From the IMG/VR virus record IMGVR_UViG_3300026088_000011: a DNA stretch of 64,000 nt. One strand, given 5' to 3'. The translations under genes and the position numbers were made by a program. This document shows positions 8,152 to 17,985 of this stretch, piece after piece. The notes under the pieces were generated by a model, which was not told the DNA's origin, did not search any database, and was given only the letters and a program-made list of their open reading frames with translations. How positions within the stretch are numbered: position 1 is the first letter of the stretch; each line of letters opens with the position of its first letter. The DNA comes from a virus (Duplodnaviria; Heunggongvirae; Uroviricota; Caudoviricetes).

Positions 8152-10122
8152 TTATTTTATAGGGCAAGCTCCAGCACATTCCTGTACTTCAAAACTATCC
8201 TCACCAATATTAGCACTTGTAATAGGTGTAACATTTTTTATAGATTCATTATATTCATCTTCTGTAATAGTCTCATAAGGAGCTTGTTTAAAACCATGCC
8301 CACTACTCAATAGGAAAGATACAGTTTTCAGCTCATTTGAGAAATGTTTATTTAAATATTCTTTAATTCCTCCAATATCTTCTTTTTTATAATACACTGT
8401 ACAACTTACAGAATTATCACTCCATTCTCTTTGCATTCTTCTCACCATATTTAATTGCTGAGTATATGTAAAATTACTCTCCACAGGTACATTTTGTCCT
8501 ATTTTACAAGGAAATGTTACCACCATAGTAGTTTTACTATTACTACCATCAAATTCAATAGCTGGTTCTACGTTATATCCATGTTTCTTACATAATTCTA
8601 CTAATGGGCTATTTGTAGCCATTCTAACACGTCTATAATAATATGGCCCTGCTGGATTAGGATGCACCCCAGGTGTAACTCCTGCTAAGAGAGATAAGGT
8701 TCCACTTGGTTTTACTGTAGTGAGTTTTATAGATGTTGGAAATTCTTTCAAATTCGAATAATAAGTATCATAATATCTAAGTTCTTGATAAGCATCTTTA
8801 AGCCAATCTCTTTGTTCAGGAGTAGCTTGTAATATACCTGTCATTCCTATACCCATTCTCATATTCTTATGCACAATATCTTCTGTTTCTTTCAAAGAGC
8901 AATGTAAAGCTAAAGAATGTTTATTCACTCTATAAGTATATTGTAAAACATCTAAAAGTTCTTCAAAACTATCTATATTAGGAAGATATACTTCTGATAG
9001 ACAGCAAGTCTCAAAATTATTCAAACTCTGCTCTGCACAAGGATTAAACCCCTCTACACCCATATCAGGATATTTGGTTTCTCCTGTTCTACCACACACT
9101 TTAGAAAGTTCTAAGTTGATAAGTCCATAAGGTTCTCCTTGTTCATAAGTGTCCCAATATTCTTGCGGAAGGTCACTTAAATCACTAGGAGCATATATAG
9201 AATTATTACTCATACTTCTCCAATTAGGAATATTACCTAAATCCCATCTTTTAGCCTTTAAAAACTCAACATCATCATAATCTCCTATTGCAATTTGAGC
9301 AGATCTTCGAACATTTCCACTCACTACAATAAATCCAATAATATTCATTATATCAAGGCAATCTATAGGTCTTAATTTCTTATTAGATCTACTATTCAAA
9401 ATCTTATGAATCTCCTGCATTCCCCAACAAAGTTCCTCTGGACCACTGGCTGTACCTCCAAACCCTTTTATAATAGCTCCTTTACCTCTTACACAAACAG
9501 TAGAATAACTAAAACCCTCTCCATTATAAAAATGAGCCTTTAGTACTTTCCCTAGAAGCTTCACCCATCCCTCCCTACTATCAGGAACTATAAAATCAGC
9601 ATCATTAGTTTCCTTTCTTTCTATCTTTATTTTACCCTTTAATTTAGGAAGTTGATAGACATTTTCTTTTTGAATATTGAATCCTACACCACTTCCTAAC
9701 ATTAACATTTCAAATGCCCATGTAAAAGGTCTAATTGGTTGATTTACAGTGACAAATGAGCAATTTTGCAAGCTTGGTAATCCAAGTTTATCAACTGTTT
9801 TAGTACCTAATTGCCACATAAACCTTCCTGCTGTACTGAATTTCAACCCTAGTCTATATCTAGCATATTTTTCCTCCTCTTCAGGAGTAAATCCCACTTT
9901 TAATTGTTTCCTACATGCTTCTAATTCTCTTTCTACTACTTGCCAAAATTCCTCTGTTTTACTGTTTGAATCATCTTCCTTAAGTCGTCTAGCATATGTT
10001 CTTTTAAAAACAATATAGCCAATTTCACCCCAAGGAGTATTAATCTCTTTACTAAGTTTTTCTACATCTACCATATTTATTTGTTTAATTTGTTTTCGGA
10101 AAAAAGGATGTGAAAGTAACAC
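8152..10122 (-). CDS. nrdJ: Class II (adenosylcobalamin-dependent, monomeric type) ribonucleotide reductase; true start may be the internal Met near 10074
   Basis: GEIGYIVFKRTYARR near the N-terminus, catalytic NPC.E motif (GFNPCAEQSL), C-terminal Cys pair (CAGACPIK), 656 aa. Confidence 0.7.
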   Translation of the reverse strand: MLLSHPFFRKQIKQINMVDVEKLSKEINTPWGEIGYIVFKRTYARRLKEDDSNSKTEEFWQVVERELEACRKQLKVGFTPEEEEKYARYRLGLKFSTAGRFMWQLGTKTVDKLGLPSLQNCSFVTVNQPIRPFTWAFEMLMLGSGVGFNIQKENVYQLPKLKGKIKIERKETNDADFIVPDSREGWVKLLGKVLKAHFYNGEGFSYSTVCVRGKGAIIKGFGGTASGPEELCWGMQEIHKILNSRSNKKLRPIDCLDIMNIIGFIVVSGNVRRSAQIAIGDYDDVEFLKAKRWDLGNIPNWRSMSNNSIYAPSDLSDLPQEYWDTYEQGEPYGLINLELSKVCGRTGETKYPDMGVEGFNPCAEQSLNNFETCCLSEVYLPNIDSFEELLDVLQYTYRVNKHSLALHCSLKETEDIVHKNMRMGIGMTGILQATPEQRDWLKDAYQELRYYDTYYSNLKEFPTSIKLTTVKPSGTLSLLAGVTPGVHPNPAGPYYYRRVRMATNSPLVELCKKHGYNVEPAIEFDGSNSKTTMVVTFPCKIGQNVPVESNFTYTQQLNMVRRMQREWSDNSVSCTVYYKKEDIGGIKEYLNKHFSNELKTVSFLLSSGHGFKQAPYETITEDEYNESIKNVTPITSANIGEDSFEVQECAGACPIK

Positions 10123-10164
10123 ATTTTTCCTTCCTAAACAAATGTATCTCTATAATATTCTAAG

Positions 10165-10470
10165 TTATACTAATTCTTTTTGTGAGTGTTCTAATTGGTA
10201 AACAATCATCATACTATTACATGCTAATGCTACAAAATGACCAAATAATTGTTCATCTGAATAGTTATTACCTTGTATTTCTATAAAATGGCGTGTAATT
10301 GCTTGTTTTAATTCTTCTACGTTATTTCCATTTTTCCAATTAAATATAGGATATTTACCATTCTTATTTAAAGCCATTCTTTCAGCCATTTTCTTTACAA
10401 AATTCCAATCAATTTCATAAAATAACTTATCTTTTGTTTCCTTTATCTGGGTAACATTAAAATCACTCAT
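10165..10470 (-). CDS. hypothetical protein (possibly related to phage dATP/dGTP pyrophosphohydrolase N-terminal domains)
   Basis: 101 aa; weak recollection of an IDWNFV ... RHF ... GHFVALACNSMM pattern. Confidence 0.3.
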   Translation of the reverse strand: MSDFNVTQIKETKDKLFYEIDWNFVKKMAERMALNKNGKYPIFNWKNGNNVEELKQAITRHFIEIQGNNYSDEQLFGHFVALACNSMMIVYQLEHSQKELV

Positions 10471-10473
10471 AAT

Positions 10474-10680
10474 TTATTTAATTAAATCTCTTAATATAAA
10501 CTCAGGAATTTCTTTCGTCTCTAACTGAAATATCTCATCTCCTTCCACTTTATAAATAACCCTGGGAAAGGAGAGATATTCATTATATATTTCATCTTTA
10601 ACCCATTCAGTCCATATATTTCCATTTTTCCTAAGATGGTCTTTGAGATCTAAGGATAAAGTACTTTTCATTTTAATCAT
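10474..10680 (-). CDS. hypothetical protein
   Basis: 68-aa ORF. Confidence 0.35.
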   Translation of the reverse strand: MIKMKSTLSLDLKDHLRKNGNIWTEWVKDEIYNEYLSFPRVIYKVEGDEIFQLETKEIPEFILRDLIK

Positions 10681-11063
10681 AATTTCTCTTCTAAAAGTTT
10701 GAAAGAATATTCTACAGCTCCTTGTTCTGCTGTTTTTCTATCAGGGAGAACAACAGACCTATTATCCTCCATAGGATGATCTTTTCCATCATCTATAAGA
10801 TAACCAAATGTCTTTTCTTTTTTACTATTAAAAAAAGCATCAATATTAATTAATATACCATGAGAATCAAAAATATCCGTTAATGCAATTGGATTAGCCT
10901 CTAAAAGCTTAAATATTTGCTCTTCAGGAACCCCTTGCTGTCTAACATGTTCTTTAAAATCTTCATCTAATCCTTTATCTTCTAAACTCTTTAATAGCTT
11001 ATTTAAATAGTATTCTTTTACTACTTTAGCTGCTTTTGGGTATTTTTCTAATAATTCTTTCAT
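10677..11063 (-). CDS. hypothetical protein
   Basis: 128-aa ORF. Confidence 0.4.
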   Translation of the reverse strand: MKELLEKYPKAAKVVKEYYLNKLLKSLEDKGLDEDFKEHVRQQGVPEEQIFKLLEANPIALTDIFDSHGILINIDAFFNSKKEKTFGYLIDDGKDHPMEDNRSVVLPDRKTAEQGAVEYSFKLLEEKL

Positions 11064-11617
11064 ATTAATTCTTTAATTCTTTCTATATCTAATACTTCAT
11101 TTTCATCATCCCAAGTGTCCCAAACCTCCATATCTCCTTTAAAATCTATAGCTGCTCTTTCTCCCCAATAATCCTTTAATTCTTCCGATTTGTTGAATAT
11201 TTGGTAATACAATGAAGTCTTCTCTTTAGGAATTTCTCCTTTTTTATACACTTTTATCACTTTAGGGAACAAAGCTTGAAATTTCTGAGAAGTTTTGGAA
11301 TATTTCCCTAATTTGATGAGTTTAAAATCTTCTTCAAATTTTGGATTTAACGTATATACCAACACTACAAACTTCTGTGCTGGATCATAGTCTTCTACTA
11401 ATGCACTATTTTTTCTTTCATATTCATAATCTACAAATTCTTTAAATCTATCTATATTTGGTGGTTTAAATAATATATAAACAGAATTAGGATAGGTAGA
11501 TTCCCTATCCTTATCTGAAATATATCCATTTATCATTCCATTATCTTGTAATGTTTCTCTACTTACTCCTACTGTAGGCACTAAGAAGAGGGTACTAATT
11601 GTTTTTTTCAGAGTCAT
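11060..11617 (-). CDS. hypothetical protein
   Basis: 185-aa ORF. Confidence 0.4.
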   Translation of the reverse strand: MTLKKTISTLFLVPTVGVSRETLQDNGMINGYISDKDRESTYPNSVYILFKPPNIDRFKEFVDYEYERKNSALVEDYDPAQKFVVLVYTLNPKFEEDFKLIKLGKYSKTSQKFQALFPKVIKVYKKGEIPKEKTSLYYQIFNKSEELKDYWGERAAIDFKGDMEVWDTWDDENEVLDIERIKELI

Positions 11618-11620
11618 TCA

Positions 11621-12706
11621 TTATCCTTTTATGTTTACAAACCCTCCATTCTCATAATTCTTTTTTGAAATGTTCCATTTGTCATTCTCTTTAGCCCATT
11701 TCAATTCTTCTATAATACTCTTCACACCAGGATATTTCCTACCTTTATATTCAAAACCATTGTAGGCATCATCCATATCATCACTGTTAAGTGTATATAT
11801 CAATGGAGCATAATATCCAATACTGTCACATACAATGAATTTAGGACACTCTATGGTATAATATTCTAATCCTTCTCTTTCTTTTAATTCTGTACATGCT
11901 TCCATATATAGATAGGCTTGGATGTAACTTCTCCTAAAGAGGTAATATTCGGTGTAGAAACCCTCCACACTAAATGTACACTTTAAATCATAGCATGAGA
12001 TTGTCTTTTTCTTATGATCTATGATTAATTTATCCATCATTCCTTTAAGTTTCAATCCATCTATTTCAAAATCTTCAATTTGAAATTGATTATATACACT
12101 ATATCTATCACTATTTACTAGATTTATAATAGGAGCAGTAAATTCATTAGATTTCAAATCCTCTACAATTCTCTCAGAATTCTGTACATCTTGTAGTGTA
12201 ATAATAGTAAGTCCTTTAGATTTTACTTCTCTCATTTCCTTATATAGTAATTCTGGGTCTTTCCCTATAAATTTATCTAATATAACAGGGAGTTTCCAAT
12301 CAAATTGAGCTATTATTCTGGCTTCTGTAGCCATATCCTCAAAGCTTTTATTTACATTACCAGCTTCATCTGTATTTGCAATAGTAATGTCTACTAAAGC
12401 ATTAACAAAATCAGCCATTTTTCCTGTTAAAGGTTTAGCTGTAGAACTAAGATAGAATTTAGCATCAAATTTCTCAGGTTCAAATAATAGTAAATCAACT
12501 AAGGAGCCAATTTTTGATGCTTGGTTGGATTCTTCTTCTATTCTTTCATTTAAAAAATATTTTTTATAATATTTACGTCTATCTAATGAAAATTCTTTCA
12601 AACTGGATGACGAATCCAAATTTATCATTCTATACTGCTTTTCCGATTTAATATTCCCGTTTATCATTTTATTTATTTTTGTATTTCCATTTATATCCAT
12701 AAGCAT
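11621..12706 (-). CDS. hypothetical protein
   Basis: 361-aa ORF; no motif assigned. Confidence 0.45.
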   Translation of the reverse strand: MLMDINGNTKINKMINGNIKSEKQYRMINLDSSSSLKEFSLDRRKYYKKYFLNERIEEESNQASKIGSLVDLLLFEPEKFDAKFYLSSTAKPLTGKMADFVNALVDITIANTDEAGNVNKSFEDMATEARIIAQFDWKLPVILDKFIGKDPELLYKEMREVKSKGLTIITLQDVQNSERIVEDLKSNEFTAPIINLVNSDRYSVYNQFQIEDFEIDGLKLKGMMDKLIIDHKKKTISCYDLKCTFSVEGFYTEYYLFRRSYIQAYLYMEACTELKEREGLEYYTIECPKFIVCDSIGYYAPLIYTLNSDDMDDAYNGFEYKGRKYPGVKSIIEELKWAKENDKWNISKKNYENGGFVNIKG

Positions 12707-13439
12707 AATTTCTTCTACCTTTACAACATGCTATAATATTAGGATTTCCACCTATTTTATTTAATTCTTTTTCAGCTTCTTTTACACTTAAGAATTCCTT
12801 TATTTCATTTCCATCCATATCACATTGTATTATTTCTACAGTATCTCCAGATACTATTCTATTTAATAAAGTATTAGGATTATAGTCCTTTTTTAACATA
12901 AATCTATATCCTTGACAACTTTTTCTTATTCCTTTTGTAACTTTAGAAATTGCAGTACTTATAGTATTTAATTCTTTTGCTGCCTCAAGTGTATTCCTAA
13001 ACTCCTTGACAAAACTACCGTCTAAATTTAGCATCACTATATTAATATTATGAATAGGATGAGCTTTAAATTTTTCTTTGGTTTTAACTGACCATTTTTT
13101 ACCCATACTAGATATAGACATCCTTTTTTTAGTTTCCTCTGAAGCTTTACCTTTGCTTCCAGGCTCTCTAATATTTAACATCTTATATCCTACAAATTTG
13201 TACCATTTCCACCAATAGATCTCATAGAAATTTAAAACATCTTGAGTAATAGTATTTGGAAATTCTAAAATAATCTCAAATTTATGATTTTTTATACCAT
13301 ATTTCGAAAAAGATCTATACAGTAATCTTTGAAATTTGCTACCTCCACTAGAATATTTGGAGTATCTTTGTTTCCAATTCCAAGTTTGTCCTATATAAAT
13401 CTTTCCAGAAGGAGAGATTATTCTATAAATTACTATCAT
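12669..13439 (-). CDS. GIY-YIG homing endonuclease with NUMOD-like C-terminal repeats
   Basis: VIYRIISPSGKIYIGQT (GIY...YIG), then three repeated ...LNxxGxxIKEFxSxxEAxKELN... modules. Confidence 0.8.
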   Translation of the reverse strand: MIVIYRIISPSGKIYIGQTWNWKQRYSKYSSGGSKFQRLLYRSFSKYGIKNHKFEIILEFPNTITQDVLNFYEIYWWKWYKFVGYKMLNIREPGSKGKASEETKKRMSISSMGKKWSVKTKEKFKAHPIHNINIVMLNLDGSFVKEFRNTLEAAKELNTISTAISKVTKGIRKSCQGYRFMLKKDYNPNTLLNRIVSGDTVEIIQCDMDGNEIKEFLSVKEAEKELNKIGGNPNIIACCKGRRNYAYGYKWKYKNK

Positions 13440-13464
13440 TCCTTTTCTGTCTTATTTCCTTGTA

Positions 13465-13716
13465 TCATAATTCTGTTGTTTTAAGATATTTATCTATCAT
13501 ACTAGCCAATTCATAGCTATCCTTTGTATTTTCACTCTTTATATTCTTCCTAGGAATCATATTTAAATAATGTAATGTTTCCTTTAGAAGGTCATAATAG
13601 CTATTTTGGTTAAAATCTAATTTCTCATTGTTCATATTTCTTACAAATTTAGTACTTCCATCTTTCAATGTAAATAAAATACCTAATAATCTATCATTAT
13701 CTGGATTTCTTATCAT
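13465..13716 (-). CDS. hypothetical protein
   Basis: 83-aa ORF. Confidence 0.35.
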   Translation of the reverse strand: MIRNPDNDRLLGILFTLKDGSTKFVRNMNNEKLDFNQNSYYDLLKETLHYLNMIPRKNIKSENTKDSYELASMIDKYLKTTEL

Positions 13717-13717
13717 A

Positions 13718-14062
13718 TTATTCTAATTTATTCCATCCAAAATCTATCCCTTGTTCTATAATATCAATTAATTCATCTACGTCTTCTTCTTTCCATTTCC
13801 ATGCCTCATATTCTTGATAAATATCTGTTTCAAGATCTTCTATTGATAGTGTCCTGTTTTTCCATTTTGATAGAAAAGTATAGAATTCTCCAAATACAAA
13901 ATTTCCATTATCCCAAAACTCTGTACCAAACATACTATGTTTATCAAAATTTATACTAGGCATACTATACTTTTGTTTGGTTGGAATATATAAAGCAGAC
14001 AATGACACACTAGCATCTGGATTCTCTATAGCCATATATATTGTTACATCTCTCTCTTTCAT
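13718..14062 (-). CDS. hypothetical protein
   Basis: 114-aa ORF. Confidence 0.4.
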   Translation of the reverse strand: MKERDVTIYMAIENPDASVSLSALYIPTKQKYSMPSINFDKHSMFGTEFWDNGNFVFGEFYTFLSKWKNRTLSIEDLETDIYQEYEAWKWKEEDVDELIDIIEQGIDFGWNKLE

Positions 14063-14268
14063 ATTTCTACATTTACATTTCTTTCATAAAAATTCTTACA
14101 CATATCTCGCATATCCAACTTATAATGTCTCCATTCATCAAATTCACTATCTGGAGGTATAATTAGATGGTCTAATAAATACTCAAACAGCTCTAATGTT
14201 GTAAAATCATTAAATACTAGCTCGTTCATCTTTTTCTTTTTTAGTTTTCCTATCGTGACATTCATCAT
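14059..14268 (-). CDS. hypothetical protein
   Basis: 69-aa ORF; overlaps the next gene's C-terminus, so the start is uncertain. Confidence 0.3.
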   Translation of the reverse strand: MMNVTIGKLKKKKMNELVFNDFTTLELFEYLLDHLIIPPDSEFDEWRHYKLDMRDMCKNFYERNVNVEI

Positions 14269-14656
14269 GTAAACACTGCAAATTGTCTATTTCACAGAAT
14301 AAAGTTTTGACAAAATGAGGTAGATCAGAATAATCTTTTAAACTTCCCAATGGATGTACATGATCTACAGAAATCCTTTTATCAGGAAAGTAATTTCCAC
14401 ATTCTGCACATTTATATTCCCATTTTTGACGCTTCACTGGTCCCTTATATGGTCTTCTAGCTGCATTTTTACATGCTAATATAGGTTTCCACCACCTGCT
14501 TTTCTGTCTCAATGCAGATCGTATAAATGACCAAAAACCACTAACACTCATTGTTCCATGATTAAATGGTTTCTCCACCTTACTTTTTCTCTTCTTAGGA
14601 GCCTTTATTTTCTTTTGTTTCTTACTCATGTACAAATTTAATAAAAAATTGGACAT
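14210..14656 (-). CDS. HNH nuclease domain protein
   Basis: CAECGNYFPDKRISVDHVHPLGSL...LQCLHDECHDRKT gives the C..C ... DH..P ... CH spacing; basic N-terminal tail. Confidence 0.5.
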   Translation of the reverse strand: MSNFLLNLYMSKKQKKIKAPKKRKSKVEKPFNHGTMSVSGFWSFIRSALRQKSRWWKPILACKNAARRPYKGPVKRQKWEYKCAECGNYFPDKRISVDHVHPLGSLKDYSDLPHFVKTLFCEIDNLQCLHDECHDRKTKKEKDERASI

Positions 14657-14683
14657 GTTTGCTATACATGTCCAATTATTGTT

Positions 14684-14986
14684 TTATATGATATAATCCT
14701 CAATTTCTTTAGAAGATAAAAAATCTGTATAATTAGAATAATTAGTTTCTACTCTAAGTCCATTTTTCTCCATTTTTTTAATACTTCCTTTTACCCACTT
14801 TTCATAACCTTTATGAGTTAAAGCAAGTTGTAAGGATGGATTATTATCAATAATTACATACATTCCTACACAATAAGGTTGTGCTATAAAAGAGGTATCT
14901 TTTTCTTCTCCTTTATATGCTTGTAACCCTCTACAAAACTGTAATTCTTCTATATTTTTAGTCTTTTTCATAAATTTGATATACAT
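14684..14986 (-). CDS. hypothetical protein
   Basis: 100-aa ORF. Confidence 0.4.
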   Translation of the reverse strand: MYIKFMKKTKNIEELQFCRGLQAYKGEEKDTSFIAQPYCVGMYVIIDNNPSLQLALTHKGYEKWVKGSIKKMEKNGLRVETNYSNYTDFLSSKEIEDYII

Positions 14987-15185
14987 AAGGCATAAAACAA
15001 CCTGAATGATACTTTAAATGGTATTTATTACCTTTAGAGTCTTTAAACCTCCAATCATCATTTATAGTATTTACATATTTGAATTTTAGACCTTTTGAAT
15101 TATTAATCATACAAGGCCAAATAACTAATCCTTCATCATTTAACCTTTTTAAAGTTTGATTACTGGTTATTTGTATTTCTTTCAT
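14958..15185 (-). CDS. hypothetical protein
   Basis: 75-aa ORF. Confidence 0.35.
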   Translation of the reverse strand: MKEIQITSNQTLKRLNDEGLVIWPCMINNSKGLKFKYVNTINDDWRFKDSKGNKYHLKYHSGCFMPYVYQIYEKD

Positions 15186-15916
15186 ACTAATTCAGGAATT
15201 TCATTTACGAAGAATTTATGAGCTTCTATATGATTTTGCATCCATAGAGAAGGATGAATTTCTCTCATTGACTGGGTTGTATATTGATATAGCTCGTAAA
15301 GGCTATATGGACAATTATAGTCGAATTCTGGGTGTTTTAGTTGATTTTTGATGATATTTAACTGTGTGGAAGTAATAAATTCGTCTTCTATAAACATTCT
15401 ACCTATTAATTCTGCTCTAGTTTTATCAGAAAGTTCAATTTTCTTCATTTCTTCTCTTTCTTTTACCATTTGAGTGAATATTTCTCCAGAGTTCTTGATA
15501 TATTCTGTAATCGCTGTAGGTGTGAAAGATTGAATTTCTCCTTGATGTTTCTTTTTAAATGTTCCCATATCTCCTCTAACACATCCATTTTTACAAATAA
15601 ATACATGTGTTCCTATAGCAAATTTAAGACTTAAGGACTTATCATAGCTATTTTGGAATGCTATTTGTATTTGCATTTCCTTATCTGCTACATTTCTAAG
15701 CTTAAATAATCCATTTGCTACATTTCCTTCCCTGGCAGATGTATAGGATTCTCCACTTAATGTAAATCCTGCTCCTTGTATAGAATTCAATGTTAAATCT
15801 ATTAATTGTTCATGTGTAATAGGTCTATAGGTTCTTGTTTCACGTGGAACAATTGTGTTTATAAGTTGTTGTTTTGTACTAATATATGTATTTTGTTGTT
15901 TTTCTAATGTTTCCAT
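15182..15916 (-). CDS. hypothetical protein, possibly DUF932-like (phage/plasmid-associated)
   Basis: 244 aa; a weak recollection of the DUF932 family only. Confidence 0.3.
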   Translation of the reverse strand: METLEKQQNTYISTKQQLINTIVPRETRTYRPITHEQLIDLTLNSIQGAGFTLSGESYTSAREGNVANGLFKLRNVADKEMQIQIAFQNSYDKSLSLKFAIGTHVFICKNGCVRGDMGTFKKKHQGEIQSFTPTAITEYIKNSGEIFTQMVKEREEMKKIELSDKTRAELIGRMFIEDEFITSTQLNIIKNQLKHPEFDYNCPYSLYELYQYTTQSMREIHPSLWMQNHIEAHKFFVNEIPELV

Positions 15917-15924
15917 AATTTTTG

Positions 15925-16557
15925 TTATTTATAGTTTTTTAATATTAATTCTCCTTCTTCTTTACATTCATTTTCTCCATAAAATCCCCAACAACTATCT
16001 TCTACTGTTTCTTCAGTATTTCCACAACATTTACATTTGATGGATTTCACTATTTCATACCCCCAAACATCCCCAGATAAGAACTTATTCCATGTTTCTA
16101 TTAATCCTTCAGCATAGTTTTCAGCTTCTTCTTCATTATTTTCAAAATTCTTACCAGAAGGATTGAAAGTTTTCCTAACTAGAATATATCCAGTTGTACT
16201 TACATCCCATTTTCTATCAGGGTAGTCTTTGGTATTAGATAATGATAAATTAATCCCTGAATGAATATAAGCATCTACTCCAAATATCCAATATTTATCG
16301 TATTCAGGATTTAAATCTTCAGAGTATTCTTCTACTGTACTTTTACCATTCAAGGTAATTTCAGACTTTTCTATTTGTCTTTTAGCTTCTAAATGAGTAA
16401 ATATAGAATGAGGATCAAAATTCTCCCTTTTAACATTAAATTGTCTATGATCATATACTAAAAATATATCATTATTTTCCCATCTATCAGGAGATTCTGA
16501 AAACTCATCCTGAATTATATTTAATGTATATTCTACATTTTTATTTTCTAATATCAT
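15925..16557 (-). CDS. hypothetical protein with C-terminal Cys cluster
   Basis: 210 aa; C-terminus has CKCCGNTEETVEDSCWGFYGENEC. Confidence 0.4.
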   Translation of the reverse strand: MILENKNVEYTLNIIQDEFSESPDRWENNDIFLVYDHRQFNVKRENFDPHSIFTHLEAKRQIEKSEITLNGKSTVEEYSEDLNPEYDKYWIFGVDAYIHSGINLSLSNTKDYPDRKWDVSTTGYILVRKTFNPSGKNFENNEEEAENYAEGLIETWNKFLSGDVWGYEIVKSIKCKCCGNTEETVEDSCWGFYGENECKEEGELILKNYK

Positions 16558-16781
16558 ATTTTCTTAAGTTTTAGAACAGAACTTTCTACCAAATAACCAA
16601 GATTATAGCTACTTTCAACTTCTGCATTTTTAATAGCATCATCTAAAGCCTTATTATACATTAATTGACCATATTCCTCCATACACTTTACAATTTTAGG
16701 ATAGAGGTATTTATCATATACATGATGTTTTGTTTCTGGAGTTATGTTATAACTCTTTAATATTTCTTCTTTCTCTTTCAT
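16554..16781 (-). CDS. hypothetical protein, paralog of the next gene
   Basis: 75 aa; shares KEEILK...MEEYG...ALEEAA.NA...SILKLKK with 16778-17032. Confidence 0.4.
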   Translation of the reverse strand: MKEKEEILKSYNITPETKHHVYDKYLYPKIVKCMEEYGQLMYNKALDDAIKNAEVESSYNLGYLVESSVLKLKKI

Positions 16782-17032
16782 GTTTTCTTTAATTTTAGTA
16801 TGGAATCTTTTATTACATATACTTCTATAGTATCTTCATCATCCCCGCTCCAATGAGGAAGTCTGTTATAATCAGCATCTGCGTTATTAGCAGCCTCTTC
16901 TAGAGCTAAATTCCATTGAATTTTCCCATATTCTTCCATTACTTCCAAAATGCAATCTGCTTCAGATGTATCATTTTTGTACCAATTTTCAAAAACGATA
17001 CCTTTATCTTTCAATATTTCTTCTTTTGTCAT
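16778..17032 (-). CDS. hypothetical protein, paralog of the previous gene (start placed at the internal Met, MTKEEILK)
   Basis: Tandem duplicate of 16554-16781. Confidence 0.4.
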   Translation of the reverse strand: MTKEEILKDKGIVFENWYKNDTSEADCILEVMEEYGKIQWNLALEEAANNADADYNRLPHWSGDDEDTIEVYVIKDSILKLKKT

Positions 17033-17042
17033 GATTATTGTA

Positions 17043-17771
17043 TTAAAAAGGTAAATCATCAATTTTTTGAAGCCAGTTTATCTCTACCCTATTATTATCT
17101 TTTACTATCTTTGAAACCTTAGAAAATACTCCATTTGTTTCCATTTCTTGTGAAATACGTGCAAAATAGCTAGGATGTTTAAGAAAAAATGTATGCGTAA
17201 AAGGAGTAACATATTTTTGTAATTTGGCCGCTTCTGAGCCTAAAAATATAATAGGTATTCCTGTGTATCCTACTACTTCCTCTAATAAGTATTTCATAAA
17301 TGGGTTCCATAAATCTACCATATTTCCAGCTTTATCTTTTGAAGTAGTTAGAGCAGCATTTACTAATAGTATTTTCTCATCTCTAGCTAAATATGTCAAA
17401 TCTGGATTTTTTATTCTATCTAAAGCTAATCCTTTATATACATCTTGTTCTATTGCATTGAGTAAAGTAGATAAACTAGGCTGCATTTTACCTGTTATAC
17501 TACAACTTAAGGCTAAACCATCACAAATACTTGCTCCATTTATAAATGTATGATATGGACATAGACCAATCATTATTGCCCTACATTCATCCAAAGGAGT
17601 TTCTTTAAAGGCTCTCCATGTAAGCATGGAATTTGGTGCAATTTGTATACCTCTCCTTGCCTCTTTCTTCAAAAAAGCATAAATTTCATCACATTCTTTA
17701 CTTTCCACAAACTTTTGCATTTTAGGATGATAGGATTCATGGAAATAATCTTTAAATTTATTCCATTCCAT
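17043..17771 (-). CDS. Uracil-DNA glycosylase family-1 homolog with a divergent active-site motif
   Basis: All family-1 blocks align in order: IMIGLCPYH (vs VILGQDPYH), GLALSCS (GLAFSV), QPSLSTLL (PPSL), ILLVNAALT (LLLNTVLT), IIFLGSEAAK (FLLWGSHAQK), LKHPSYFA (LKAPHPSPLS). The catalytic Asp of GQDPYH is Cys here. Confidence 0.7.
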   Translation of the reverse strand: MEWNKFKDYFHESYHPKMQKFVESKECDEIYAFLKKEARRGIQIAPNSMLTWRAFKETPLDECRAIMIGLCPYHTFINGASICDGLALSCSITGKMQPSLSTLLNAIEQDVYKGLALDRIKNPDLTYLARDEKILLVNAALTTSKDKAGNMVDLWNPFMKYLLEEVVGYTGIPIIFLGSEAAKLQKYVTPFTHTFFLKHPSYFARISQEMETNGVFSKVSKIVKDNNRVEINWLQKIDDLPF

Positions 17772-17985
17772 TGAAATCTAATTTAGTTTGTCTTTCATAA
17801 TCTATATGATAGGGATTATCTTTTTCAGACTTTGGAAATGCAAAATTTAGTTTCCCTATTCCCAATTCATAAGATTCTCTCATTAATTTTAATACTGCTT
17901 GTCTTTCTTGTACACTTCCAAATATCCCATTACTTAAATAGGGATATTGGTCTAGTATATTTTCTAATTGTTTTTGTATTGTCAT
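17758..17985 (-). CDS. hypothetical protein
   Basis: 75-aa ORF. Confidence 0.35.
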   Translation of the reverse strand: MTIQKQLENILDQYPYLSNGIFGSVQERQAVLKLMRESYELGIGKLNFAFPKSEKDNPYHIDYERQTKLDFNGME

